A program made the position numbers and the translations under genes. DNA of 64,000 bases, taken from NCBI GenBank assembly GCA_054600435.1, contig BAAIJX010000019.1:62001-126000 (forward strand), given 5' to 3'. This DNA comes from Neophaeotheca triangularis. Taxonomy: Eukaryota. Positions 12,281 through 25,033 of the stretch are shown here, in pieces; the first letter of the stretch is position 1, and each line of letters begins with the position of its first letter. The notes beneath the pieces were generated by a model. That model did no database searches, was not told the DNA's origin, and saw only the letters and a program-made list of their open reading frames with translations.

Positions 12281-13287
12281 GCTCTATGAATGCTTGAAAA
12301 CGCGGTAACAGACCACAGCGTACTATGTTCAGCTTAATAACGAATGTGAGAGAAAAGCAAGCGCGACTGCAAATGAAAGAGAGCAGAAAAGGAAGGGGAT
12401 GCAGACAACATAGTGAGAAATATCAGATACCGTGCGTGCGTGGACAACGGTGCGTTGAGGCAGCCGAAGTTCCCAATGCCAGAAAATGAGCGTGGTCAGC
12501 CGAAATACAACGGTAGTGCTCCCCAAGTAACAACCGAAAAGAGCATTAATTGTTACCGTTCTCGCGGGAAGTGCCTTGAGAGCGAGACCGCAGATATGAG
12601 ACCAAGGGTCATGAAGCTTTGGGTAAGCATGATCTCCTCAATATCTCAGCCGATCCAGGTCTACACGTTAAGGAAAACCCAAGTTAGGACAGGCTTGTGC
12701 TGAGAGTCATAGTCAAAGGTGATTGCGACCAGGTACAGCGAATTGTACGGGACCCGATGCCTATCGCATTGGGAATTTCATGTGACCATTGTTGATAGTC
12801 GAGAGGATTGAATGGTGTCGCGAGATCTTCTTCTTCCAGAGTCAGGGACAGACACTGTATCGACACCGTCGCTCGCAAAGAAGCTCGACATGGTATAGGG
12901 TCTCGCCCATTGCGCTAGTGTAGTTGAGGGCCCAGTTTTCCTAGGGAAAGTGGCAAAACACCCACTCTCAGCGCCATATAGGGACAAGGCTTGAGGTATA
13001 TTGGATAATTCTGTGTGTGCTGGACATGGTGGTAAGCAGATTGCAATGTGTGTCCAAGGGCGTGAAGTCGACCAGACAAAAGGTAAATCTGCTAGCGCCA
13101 TATTTATTCTGGCCAATCGGCCAATGTCTTTACCCCACTAGGATGTATCGCATCGACGACCTTCCGTCTCCATTCCCCCCGCCCCGCCACCTTCAGCTCA
13201 CCACGTGGAGCGTCATATCGGCGAGAACACAACAGACGGGGACCTCCAGCAACATCACACCCATCCCATGCAGACATCGTCCAAGAT

Positions 13288-14240
13288 ATGACCGGACTCA
13301 ATGGCCCTGCCAGCAACCCAGCTAAACAAGATATCGCACAGATAATTGCAGCCGAGCCAGCACTCGAACTCCCCGCCCTTTGCGCCCAAATCCACGCCCG
13401 CCTCAATGCCTTTCTGGAAACCGAGCCGGCAACAGACAGGATACGCAGTGTGCAAGACCAGAGCCGCACCTCGCTGAAAGTCATAGAAGAAGCTCTCTCG
13501 CAATACAGGTACGCCTCACCCCCCAAAGACTTCCCACACGCATACACAACAACAAGACCCAAGATCAGTGCCAGCTGACAGCTAACAACGCCAGCCTAGA
13601 TGAGCTGTCCCTCTCCTACAATGGCGGCAAAGACTGCCTGGTCCTCCTAATCCTCTACCTCAGCGCCCTGCACTCGCACTTCAGCAAAACCCAATCGATA
13701 CCAACCCCACAGCCCACCACCACCGGCGAGGGCGCTCACACATATGCGCCGACTCTGCCCTCGGCGCTGCAGTCGGTTTACATCGAGTCTCCCGACCCGT
13801 TCCCAGCACTCACTGCTTTCGTAGACGAGTCGCACAGAACTTACCACCTCGACCTCCACCACTACCCTTCCCCCATGCGTCTGGCGTTCTCGAACTACCT
13901 CGCCGAGCACTCCCACGTCAAAGCCATCTTCGTCGGTACCCGCCGGACCGACCCTCACGGTTCCGCGTTGAAACACTTCGACCCGACGGATAGAGGCTGG
14001 CCGGATTTCATGCGCATACATCCGGTCATCGACTGGCGATATGCAGACGTTTGGTGTTTCCTGAGGGAGCTGGGGGTGGGGTATTGCGGATTGTATGATG
14101 AGGGCTACACAAGCTTGGGGGGTGTCGGGGATACGTGGCCAAATCCGAGGTTGAAGATTGAGGGGGAGGAAAGATGGAGGCCGGCTTTTGAGCTCGTGAA
14201 GGATGAGGAAGAGAGATTGGGTCGGGCGACCGGGCGGTGA
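13288..14240 (+). CDS. FAD1: FAD synthetase (FMN adenylyltransferase, PAPS-reductase fold); exons 13288-13508, 13595-14240
   Basis: Motifs SYNGGKDC, GTRRTDP, PTDRGWP, YDEGYTSLG and ERLGR; intron GTACGC...CTAAC...CAG restores frame. Confidence 0.93.
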
Positions 14241-14602
14241 CGTACGCGGGCGGTGTGGTTTTCATGCATAGCGAGGTTCATGTGATCATGAGAGATTTGA
14301 ACGTTGAATACGCGAGGTAGAAAGTACAAAAGCTCTGCCGTAGCAGTGAAGCACTTTGGTTTCTGCGACTGTGATGTCGGCTTGTTCAGCCTGTGTGAGA
14401 AGCGGTCGAGCTCGAAACCCCTTGGTGGCTTCGATCATTTGGCGGTAGCCTCTTTGGGCCCGTTGTAGCCTCAAGACTGGCGGTAGAGCTCCCCCTTATG
14501 CCTGACGGCCAAGCCGCCCTTTCTATCACAGTGGTTGGTTAGTACGCCTTGTTCGCCTTGTTCGCCAAAACTCCTCGCTCATGTCTGCGTCAAGGGATGC
14601 AA

Positions 14603-15803
14603 TCAATAATACCCTCTGCCCCTCCTCCCACCCCTACCTCGGCCCCCACCTTGCTGCCCGGGCGCCATCAGCTGGATTTGCTGCTGGCTGAAACCCTGAG
14701 CCATGAGAGCTTGCGGGTCAAAGCCGCCACCACCTCCACCCGGCCCAGCAGGCGGTTGGAAACCCTGCCCCTGCTGCGGCATAGGGGAAGCGCCCTGCCC
14801 AGCGCCGCCACCCATCCCACGCCCCATCCCACCACCCCCGCGACCCATACCGCTTGGTCCCCCGGGCCCACCTTGCATGAACTGGTTGAACTGGCCCATG
14901 TCCATCTGACTGGGATCCATGCCACCCTGCCCCATCATCTGCATCATCTGCTGCATCATCTCCGGCGGCATATCCGGCATCCCACCCGGCCCAGCAGGAG
15001 GTCCAGAAGGCATGCCACCCATTGGGCCCGGACCCGCTCCTCCTCCGCCCAGCATAGCCTTCAGCCCCTCGTCCTGCCGCTTTTGCTCCGCAATCCCCTG
15101 CGCCATAGTTTGCTGTCGGATACAATACTGCGTCCAGGTATACTCGTCGAAACCGTAATTGAAGAAATCCGTCTGATCCGTTCCGGGCAAACGCCAGGGT
15201 TTGCTGTGCTCGGCAAGATCGGCATCGACGTCGATTTCGGTGATGTGTTTCTGCGTGCCGGGCCAGATGGGGTTGGCGTTGATGTCGACTTTGGAGGTGC
15301 GCACTTCCGGGTAGGCGGAGCCGGGTTTGTCGTTGTGGGTGAGGGTGGCTTTGGCGGGTTGGGGGGATGTGGAGGCAGAGGTGCGTGGGGGCACGGTGGA
15401 AGAAGTACGGCGGGCGACAGACTCCGGTTTTGTACTGCTGGGTTGTGGTTTGGCGGATTGAGAGCCTGCGCGCTCGTTGCCGGCGGGAGTGCGTGAGGGT
15501 GCTTTCGCGAAGGAAGTGGTGCGCTTGTTGGGCGGCTCGGCTTTGGTGCCGTCGGGTTTCTCGAGAGTGATTTCGATTTCCTGTTGAGCGGGGGAGATAA
15601 TGTCAGTGCTCACTGCATCAGAATAGGGAAACATGTGTGCTTACGTCGTCGCTATCGTCCGACTCGTCCTCTTGAGGCTCCCCAGTCTCCATCTTCACGT
15701 CCTCGCTTTGCGCCGGTGCGTTTGTGTCGTTGGCGCCGTCCATGGTAGTAGCGGTAGCACCATTGTTGGCACCGCCGTAGAGATCATCGTCGCCGTCGTC
15801 CAT
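14603..15803 (-). CDS. FIP1: Pre-mRNA 3'-end processing factor Fip1; exons 15803-15645, 15580-14603
   Basis: Fip1 motif KPWRLPGTDQTDFFNYGFDEYTWTQYC; acidic N-terminus; Gly/Met-rich tail; in-frame intron. Confidence 0.93.
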
Positions 15804-15996
15804 TTTGAGCAAATTTCAGGGGGCTGCTACAAAAGTGCTGTTTGCGACAGAGAAGAAATCCATATCCGCGATTGAAGTTGAAGCTCGAAGAGCACTGCAC
15901 GGACCACCTTGACTTCGCGTTCCAGGAACAACGCAGTCGGTCGTACCTGAATCATTCACCACTGCACTATAAAAGTTGAAGCTCACTAGCAACACA

Positions 15997-16446
15997 ATGG
16001 CATTCGGTCGCGCCAATTCTTTAACCATCAATACCGGCGCAACAAACTCACTCTTGTAAGTTTACGACGAAGTCGACGAACGGCACATCTACAGCTTCAC
16101 GGCGCGCGTGCGACTTACACACTTCAGCGCATCGCAGCAGAACAACAACAACAACACCACTCAGCAGCAAGGCGGCAACAGCGGCAACATGTTCGGTAGC
16201 ACGCAGCAAAACAACACAGCAGGCTCGTCCCTCTTCGGCGGCAGCAATACACAGCAGAATCAATCAGGTGGGAGCTCGCTCTTCGGCGGAGGGGGCGCGC
16301 AGCAGTCTCAGCCATCCGGTGGTCTGTTCGGGAGCAAACCTCAACAGTCTTCAGGTGGTGGAGGGGGGCTCTTTGGGAGCAGCACACAGCAATCCTCGCA
16401 GCCGCAGCAAAGTAGTGGATTCGGAGGCAGTTTATTCGGCGGACAG

Positions 16447-16479
<33 letters not shown>

Positions 16480-17715
16480 CAACAAGGCCAACAACCACAA
16501 TCAGGCGGCTTGTTTGGGGGTGGCAGCAGTCTATTTGGTGGACAGCAAAACCAGAACCAGAATCAAAACCAGCAACAAGGCCAACAGCCGCAGACAGGTG
16601 GACTCTTCGGAGGTGCAGGCGGTGGCGGTGGAAGCAGTCTCTTTGGAGGGGGCCAGCAGAACCAAAATCAACAGCAGCAGCAACAGCAACAGCAGAAGCC
16701 GGGAGGACTATTTGGAGGCAGCCTCTTTGGGGGGAGCACCACCCAGACCAATCAAGCCAACACAGGCAACATGAACAACACAAGCACCTTCGGCAACAGC
16801 TTGCTCAACAATTCCCAACAACAGCCACAACAAAATGGCCAACAGCAGCCCCCTTCTCTCCTCAACGCCTCCCGCTACAATCACGCCCAATACGTACCCT
16901 TTGCAGGAAGCCTGCGTATGGGTCAAAACGGCGCCGGCTCAACAACCAACGCCTCGAACCCTTCAGGCACCGTTTCGGGCGTGAAAGTAAGCTGGAGCGA
17001 AATCCGACCCACCACGCGCTTCGCCGACCTCATCGACCCCGTAAAAGAAGAACTCGAGAAAATCGATCGCATGATTCAGCAGCAAGAATCGCACTGCGCG
17101 CAGATCCAAGCGCTGATGCCGCGCAACGAGTCGGAAATCGCGAGCTTGTCACCAGACGTCGAGATCATCAAGGACAAGGCTGATGCTGTTGAGACGGTTT
17201 TGAGCCAGGATGCGCAAGCGGTCAAGGGGAATGCGAATGTTGTGCAGGGGGACCGCAGGGATTTTGAACGGTGCGAGAGGGTCGTGAGGGAGCTGCAGTT
17301 GCCTCGAGGATATCAACCGCAGCCAGGTGGTGAGAGGGGATACGGGGCTTCGCAGGTCGCGGAGGTCGGTGCAGAGGATTACGATACCAATCTCGTAGGC
17401 AACTACTTTATGCCGCTGGCAAAGGATGTGGATAGCATGTTGAAGCGGTATGAAGAGAACTTGGCCGAGATCGAGGGACACATGCGCACTATTGAGGGGA
17501 ATGCGGTTCACCAGGCGCAGGGTTTGGCCGCCAGGCGAGCTGGTCTCGGAGGTGCTGGGGCCGTGGGTGGCGATGACAATGTTAGGGAGCTGGCGGACAC
17601 GCTTAGGGGGTTTGAGAAGAGTATCCTCAGTGCTGCTGCTATGGTCGGTGAATGTAGGGATGGCGTTAATGGGCTGACTATGGGGTCTTTTGGGCGGAGA
17701 AGTGGCAGGTATTGA
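15997..17715 (+). CDS. NUP49: GLFG/SLFG-repeat nucleoporin, Nup49/Nsp49-like; exons 15997-16055, 16128-17715
   Basis: N-terminus MAFGRANSLTINTGATNSLF; many GLFG/SLFG repeats with Q/N spacers; IRPTTRF motif followed by a coiled-coil C-terminus. Confidence 0.82.
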
Positions 17716-18191
17716 GAGTGAGTGACCAGTGTGGCGTTTGGAGCATAAGGCGAGAATAGACCGGAATATTCAACAGGCGGTTTATCTCAAGGGGCGTCAT
17801 GAAAACCAGACATCTGGGCTCGGATGGGTTTGGCTCGAACTTGTACATTAATAGCTGGGCACATTTGATTTGGGCCGAAAGAGTAAAGACGTGCAAGCAT
17901 CCTGAGTGATCTGTACACGAGGGTATCAATCTACTTTGGACAAGTTGCCTTCCTACATTGTACGCTTGCTCCTCGGAAATGGTGAATCGGCAATCTAAGG
18001 TGGTTTTAGAATTGGTGTTGATACGGCGGATTCAGCCATGCACTAGCGTGAAACAGATCCGACCAATCAGAGCGTATACAGGTGGCCGGCTCGATCTTGA
18101 TCTCGCCTGCTCACCTCACGTTGTTGAACTGCACCTCCAGCTCCGTTTTACATCTCACATCTCATATTCAACCTTGACATGGCTCGGTAGG

Positions 18192-21100
18192 ATGGCGTTG
18201 ACATCCGTATGTAACTCCAATGGTGCTACCTCAGTATTCGATGATCATCTGCTAACTAGACCAGTGGAAAGCGTTTCGCTTCTTCGATGTCTCCCAAGTT
18301 CGTGTGCCAGAAGGCGACGGGGCGGTGGATTTAGACGTATGTTGGAACATGATGCTGTCAAATCGGCCAGTACGAAGTTGACATCGTAATAGCAAAGCAA
18401 TGTGAGCTCCGTCTCAGCCGGAACCAGCAACGTCCTTCTAGGAACGCCCGACGGCACAGTCCACTTGCTCGATCACACTTTCAAGTCCAGCCGGTCGTGG
18501 AAAGCTCACGATGCCGGCAATATCTCCCACATCACCCAAATACCGGAGTCCAGCTACCTGATAAGCCTTGCCGAAGACCTTTCGCACGAACCCGAGCTTA
18601 AAGTCTGGGATTTGAAGTCGCAAGACCGCAAGAGCGGGCACCCCAAATGCCTCTGCACCATCACCGTCCAAAACGGTCGCAAGCAATTCCCAGTCACCGC
18701 TTTCACCGTCACCCATGATCTGGCGCAAGTAGCCGTAGGCTTCGGTAATGGCGCTGTGACAGTCGTCAGAGGCGACTTCATCCACGACCGCGGGACGAAG
18801 CAGCGAACCGTGTTTGAAAGCCAGGAACCCATCACGGGCCTCGAGTTCCGCGAAGCAAGCACCACAGCTCTGTACATCGCCACCACAGGACGCATTGCCG
18901 CTCTCGCCATCTCGGGCAAGAACTCCGGCTCGCCTGCGCGCACACTCGATGAAAACGGCTGTGCAGTCGGGTGTATGACGCTGGACCCGCAAAGCAACGA
19001 GATCGTAGTGGCGCGCGATGATGCCATTTACACCTATGGCCCTCGTGGCAAGGCGGCTAGCTATGCGTACGAAGGCGCGAAGAAGCTTGTAAACGTGAGC
19101 AAAGACTATGTCTTACTCGTCTCACCGCCGAACGACAAGCTCATGCGCTCGGCACCTTTGCGTGCATTTGGAGGCGCTGCTTCTGACATCCTCAACACTA
19201 CTACTTTCACCATCCTAAACACTGACCTGAAATTCATTGCGCATTCCGAGTCGCTTCACAGCCAGGTCAATGCCGTGTTCGCGATCTGGGGATCCGTATA
19301 TCTGCTCACGGTGGATGGCAAGCTGCATCGATACCATGAGAAGACTTTCCAGCAGAAACTGGATATCCTCTACCAGAAGAGCATGTACCCTATGGCCATC
19401 TTTTTGGCCCAGAGGTACAAGGTCGATCCTGTTCAGCAGAATGTAATCTTCAGAAGATATGGCGACTACCTCTATCAGAGGGGGGACTACGATACCGCTA
19501 TGCAACAGTATCTACGCGCGATTGACAACACGGAGCCGAGTCAGATTATCAGGAAGTTCCTCGACAACCAGCGGATACGCAATCTGATAGAGTATTTGGA
19601 GGAATTGCATGAACACCACAAGGCGACGTCGGATCACACGACTCTACTCCTCAACTGCTATGCGAAATTGAAAGATGTGGAGAAGCTTCAAGAGTTCATA
19701 AATTCGCCTGGAGACTTGAAGTTCGATCTCGATACTGCTATCGTAATGTGCAGACAAGGGGGCTACTATGACCAAGCTGCCATTCTCGCAAGACGACACG
19801 ATGAGCACGGTCTTGTCGTGGACATCTTGATCGAAGATTTGAAGAAGTACGCGGAAGCGCTCGCGTACATCTGGCGGCTTGAGCCTAAAGAGGCCTACCG
19901 CAATTTCATGAAGTACGGCACCGTGTTGCTGGAGCATTGCTCAAATGACGCTACCAAATTGTTCATTGATTACTTCACAGGCAGTTTCAGGCCGAAGAAA
20001 GATGCAGTGATTGTGCAGGAAACATCGACTTCCCAAGAAGGAGGCGGATTTGGGACGATGGCTACGTCGGCTGTCCAGAACCTGGCTGCTTTGCTACCAT
20101 TGCCTTACATGAGCAACAGTACGGTACAAACCCCCGCAGGTAAAGACGGCGAGAAGGGTACGGTGAGCCAAGCAAAGGTAGTCGAGACTGAAGATACATC
20201 GGAGCCAATCCAATACGACGTCCCAAAGCCTCGAGAAGCGTTCTCGTCCTTTGTCGATCATCCGGACGACTTCATCGTGTTCCTCGAAGCCTGCATCGAT
20301 AGCTCGGACGTCAAGGAAGAAAACAAGACAGATCTCTACACCACCCTCTTTGAGATCTACCTCCACAAAGCTAGCAACACAACAGCAGAAGAAAAGACCG
20401 AGTACGAGCGCAAAGCGAAAAAGCTCATCGAGTCCAGCTCCATTCCCATTGACACCTCCAACGTCCTTCTCCTCTCTGACCTCGAAAAGTTCCGTGACGG
20501 CACCATCCTCGTCAGCGAAAAGCAAGGCCTCCGCTTCGACGTCTTTCGCTCCTACACAGCAGCCAAAGACACCCGCGGCGCCATCCGCGCCCTCCACAAA
20601 TATGGTCCGGAAGACCCCCAACTGTACCCAGCAGCGCTAGCCTACTTCACCAGCTCAACGCAAGTCCTCGAAGAAGCCGGCGAAGAAGTAGACGCCGTAC
20701 TCCGCAAAATCGACGCCGACGGACTAATGGCACCCCTCCAAGTCATTCAAACCCTCAGCACCAACGCCGTCGCCACCATGGGTCTAGTCAAAAAGTACCT
20801 CTCCGCAAGCGTCGAACGCGAACGCTCCGAAATCGCCGCCAACCGCGCCGCCATCTCCAGCTACCGCTCAGACACCTCAGCCAAGAACAAAGAACTCTCG
20901 AACCTCGAGTCGCAACCCGAGACTTTCAACAACACGCGCTGCTCTAGCTGCGGCGGGAGTCTAGATTTGCCGACGGTGCACTTCATGTGCAAGCACAGTT
21001 TCCATCAGAGGTGTTTGAATGTGGGAGAGCAGCTGATGGATGAGGAGGTGGAGTGTCCGCTTTGCGCGAGGAGGAATGCCACGGTTAGGGCTGTGAGGAG

Positions 21101-21230
21101 AGCGCAAGAGGAGAGCAAGGGGAAGCATGAGCTTTTTGGGGATGCGTTGAAGAGAAGTGGGAGTGGGGAGAGGTTTAGGACCGTTGGGGAGTGGTTTGGC
21201 AGGGGGGTTTTGGATGTGCCTGTTGAGTAG
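18192..21230 (+). CDS. VPS11: Vacuolar protein sorting 11 (HOPS/CORVET subunit Pep5); exons 18192-18206, 18265-18336, 18393-21230
   Basis: Spliced start MALTSWKAFRFFDV; clathrin-repeat region (YGDYLY...HTTLLLNCYAKLKD); C-terminal RING CSSCGGSLDLPTVHFMCKHSFHQRC...CPLC. Confidence 0.95.
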
Positions 21231-21615
21231 GATGGGTTGGGGTGACTGAGGAGTGAGTTGGAAGCGGGTTTGAGATGGGTTTGAAAGGTTGATGGGTGAG
21301 TGGATGACTTGTTGTGTGGTGCTGGGGAGCATCTTGAGGTCTGGAACCTAATAGATGGGTGCTTTGCAAGGGATTGCATATCAGCTCGGTGAGGCTATAT
21401 TCATCTCACAGCACGGGGTCTCTTGCAAACACTTCTCGAGCCACACGTTACATCCGCGCCTATACGGCGTGAAACCGAAGTCCGAAGCAAAACTCGTCGA
21501 ATCATAATGGGAAAGATACTACCTACAAGCCCACCCAAAACATCGCGGGAAAAAAGGGGTATAATGCACTCTCCCAACCCACCAAATCCACCAAGCCCTC
21601 GGCAACTTCGACCAA

Positions 21616-24330
21616 CTAACCCCCAAGCGCCTCCCTTCTCTTCACAGCCCTCATGCCCATAACAGTGCCCTCCCTCCCCCTCCCCCTGCCGGTCTCCTGC
21701 ACAATCAAGCGCACAAAATCCCGCAAAACCCAATAACTACTGTGCGCCCCCAACATAGTCAAGTACTGAATTTCCAAAGGTCCACCGCCATACCGTAAGA
21801 AGAAATCGATTTGACCGTTATCGTTGAGCGCGAACATACGTTTCTCGGCGACTTCTTCGCGGGTGAAATTGTGGGTTTCGAGCTCCACGTTGCTGGGTAA
21901 GCGCGGCAGAGGCGGGGCGGTGAAGGAGTTGGTTGTGCTGTTGTTATTGGCGTTGTTGCTGCCGGTGAACCAGGCTGTCCAGCTGGCGGTGGAGGAGGGC
22001 ACCCACGCTTGTTTGAGCGAGGCGCTGTAGGTGGCGTCGACAGCGGCGTTGAGGCGGTATGAGACGGGGTCGTAGGGGTTGAGGACGTTGTAGATGTTTT
22101 CCACCGGGATTGACCCGTATTGGTCCCGGTCGCCGCAGACTTGGGGCGTGTTGGTGCTCGGGTCCGCGGTGACGGAGGGGTTATCGAGGCGCGGGAGTAA
22201 GGCGGCTTTTTTTAGGAGCAGGAAGAAGCCGGCGGGTGAGCCGCAGAGGTAGAGGTTGTGGGTTTGGAACAGAAGGTGGTCGAGGTTTGTGGCTTTGGAG
22301 GTGGACAGGGTTGTGGGATCGGAGAGCTCTGGGGGTATGGTCGTGGGCTGCCTCGAGAGGATATCGATGGCCATCACGCTGCCAAGAGAGTGCGCTATTA
22401 TGTGCACCCGACCGTGTGTTGCGAAGCCGGGATTGTTCTTGCACCAGAGCTGATATACTCGGTTCAATTCACTGGTTACTGCCCGAATCATTCGCGGCTG
22501 ATGGTGACTCAAGTAATAGGGGATATCCAGCATTACGTCAGAGACGATGTTTCGCACCGATGGCAGCGTTTCAGGCGTGATGTCGTTCAAGTTGAAGTGA
22601 TTGGCGTTCTCGTCTTCAGAAGATCCATCGCGGTATCCACCTTCCTCAAAGGACAGGCTATGTCTCCAATTGCAAGGCAATACCATGATCCCGCCCATGT
22701 CCTTGCGCAAGCTGGGCTTCATCTCTCTACTAGCAAGCTCCACATTTACTTCCCTACGAAATGCGTTGATTGCGTGCGTAAAGTGAAAACTCTCCATTCG
22801 CTCGCTCAATTTCTGCCCAATGCCGTGAATCACCAAGACCAAGTCAGTGACATTGGGTCGCTCAGAATGAGCAAGCTCAGGGTCAGTCTTGCGCCTCGCA
22901 TTTGGCGGTACTCCAGAAGCCGAGGAAGATTGTCCTTCTTCAGCAGCCCTTTTCTTCGGCCCGGTCTTCGACGGATGCAATTTCTCCCACGCCTGCTGAT
23001 CGAATCCACGCACAACTGGAATGCCAAGCTTGTACCCCTTGCGGATGTAGTTCGCCAACGGCCGTCTGCCGTAGTATGAAGAAGGTTGTAAACTCGGCTT
23101 CAATATGTGGGCCTCGCGAGAGTTCGCATAGACGACACCGCAAGAGGCGTACATCCTCAGTGGGCCTTGCCTCCCCCAACTCGATATGCCGGAGGCCTTG
23201 TTGTCCGCGCCTCCTGGTCCGGTAGATATATCGATCAAATCACAAGCAGTCTCGACGGCTTTGGTCCTCTGTTCCTCAGGAGTTTCAGGCTCCCGATTGA
23301 CTTGATTGGTCATAACTTTGTTTAAGGCATCCTCTCTGGCAGAAGATGTACTAGGTCTACTGCTACGAGGCGTTGCCTTCTCGGGCCAAAGCATGTGCAG
23401 AATCTTCATCTCTCCTATAGCACCTACCTCGACGGCACTGTCGAGCTCGTCAGTCCAAGTCTCAGTCCAGACTTGAAGATCAACGTAGCCAGACTCCAGC
23501 ATATTGGCTACTGGTGTCTCTACTGGCAGCATGGTATCTTGGTAGAACCAAGTCGCGCGAACGACCTGCGCAGTATCGTGCACTGGCGCCCAGTAGATCG
23601 GGGTCATAACCAATTCCGGCATTTCTATTTGGTGTAGTCTCGATGCTCCAACCGCCACTTTCTGCGTGGGACCCAGCTCTTCTGGCGCCTTGTCTACCTC
23701 CCGCTGCACATCCTCCGCCAAGTGTGAGGCATCGTCCCATTGGTAGGTATCTAGGGCGTGCGGTTTCGGTCTCGCCGGCTGATTCTTGCTTTTACTCGAC
23801 GGGTGAGTGTTGAGCTTTTGTCGCGAGGGAGCTCTGATGAAGGGTGTCCCAGTCGTATCAGGCAGAGAAGAAGGCTCAGCGCCCAAAGAAGGCCCGTCCA
23901 AGCCATCGATTGATGTTGGCAGGTTCGGCGACCGTCCTTCGACCCTGCTAAGACTGGATGCAGCAGGTCTTGTAGCCTTAGACTTGAGCTCCACCGGCCT
24001 GGAGCGTGTTGGCTGCTTCCCATCTCGAATATTGGCGGAATCCGCTCGGCTTCTGCTGCCTTCGTTCGAGCTGCTCTTCTCGCCTCTTTCCTCCTTGTAT
24101 TTGAATATACTCTGTCTTAACTCCAACCATGCTCTGTCTAGTGCCGCGTTATCGTACTCGGAAAAGGGTTTCGGCGGTTGTCGACTCGCAGCAGTAGCGG
24201 CAGTCATAGGAGGTGGCAATGATGACAGCGGATCATCAATGGGGATTGTGGAAGTGTAGAAGAAACGGACTTCGATGGTCGGAGGAGCCTCCTTGTGGTG
24301 CAAGACCTGGCGGGCATACTGGTTCGCCAT
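21616..24330 (-). CDS. DDHD-domain phospholipase A1 (PA-PLA1/Ddl1-like); start codon uncertain
   Basis: LVLVIHGIGQKL, DIPYY, lipase elbow AHSLGS, CGSP, NVLNPYDPVSYRL and AHSSYW motifs. Confidence 0.88.
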   Translation of the reverse strand: MANQYARQVLHHKEAPPTIEVRFFYTSTIPIDDPLSSLPPPMTAATAASRQPPKPFSEYDNAALDRAWLELRQSIFKYKEERGEKSSSNEGSRSRADSANIRDGKQPTRSRPVELKSKATRPAASSLSRVEGRSPNLPTSIDGLDGPSLGAEPSSLPDTTGTPFIRAPSRQKLNTHPSSKSKNQPARPKPHALDTYQWDDASHLAEDVQREVDKAPEELGPTQKVAVGASRLHQIEMPELVMTPIYWAPVHDTAQVVRATWFYQDTMLPVETPVANMLESGYVDLQVWTETWTDELDSAVEVGAIGEMKILHMLWPEKATPRSSRPSTSSAREDALNKVMTNQVNREPETPEEQRTKAVETACDLIDISTGPGGADNKASGISSWGRQGPLRMYASCGVVYANSREAHILKPSLQPSSYYGRRPLANYIRKGYKLGIPVVRGFDQQAWEKLHPSKTGPKKRAAEEGQSSSASGVPPNARRKTDPELAHSERPNVTDLVLVIHGIGQKLSERMESFHFTHAINAFRREVNVELASREMKPSLRKDMGGIMVLPCNWRHSLSFEEGGYRDGSSEDENANHFNLNDITPETLPSVRNIVSDVMLDIPYYLSHHQPRMIRAVTSELNRVYQLWCKNNPGFATHGRVHIIAHSLGSVMAIDILSRQPTTIPPELSDPTTLSTSKATNLDHLLFQTHNLYLCGSPAGFFLLLKKAALLPRLDNPSVTADPSTNTPQVCGDRDQYGSIPVENIYNVLNPYDPVSYRLNAAVDATYSASLKQAWVPSSTASWTAWFTGSNNANNNSTTNSFTAPPLPRLPSNVELETHNFTREEVAEKRMFALNDNGQIDFFLRYGGGPLEIQYLTMLGAHSSYWVLRDFVRLIVQETGRGRGREGTVMGMRAVKRREALGG

Positions 24331-25033
24331 GGTAATCCCGTCTTGCTCGTGCTCTTCCGGGCAGTGTTTCGAAGCGTCTCGAGTCACACACTGGGGGACG
24401 AGAGTGTCTCGGACTACCTAGGAGCCTAGGTACCTAGGAAATGCAAATAGAAATGCGGATGCCTGCTCTTGCGCTATTCATGCCTGACGTGGCGAAGGAG
24501 GAGCTTCTGGGGTCACCTGCCGTTGCGCAAGATCAACGCAGAAGGTTTCTTCGTCGCAGGCTCGAGCAAAACCAAAGAAGTCTCTCGTGCCAGATCCATA
24601 ACTTTTCCTTTTGGTAGTCGTCCCGATATAGCAAGATGAAAACACGCTACCTATCAAACCGCGTTGCATGTGACGCGCCTTTCAGCAGGAATGACGTTGA
24701 GTCAAGCTGGTTGACAAGGGTAAGGGTTTGGGCTCGAGGATATCCTCTGGCCCCCAGTCGGAAGCACGAACGCATGATTGTACTGGTCCGTAGAGGTGTT
24801 CCATAAAGCTTGAAGGGTTGTGTTGTGGTACCGCTTACTTGAATACTCATTATGCAGGTGGACGTTGGTTCGGGACGGAGATTGAAAGCCCTTGAAATTA
24901 CATTGTGATAAGACACGTCCCAGGAGAGTGACTTGTATTTCCCAGAAAGACATTTCAATTTTTTGTCGTTCTTAAATACAACTCTACGTGTCTTGGAAAA
25001 GGGGAAGGAGCGGCTCAAGCTGCAGCAAACCCT

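Noticed and set aside
14549..15496. 315-aa + strand ORF
   Set aside because: Antisense to FIP1 with no recognisable motifs.
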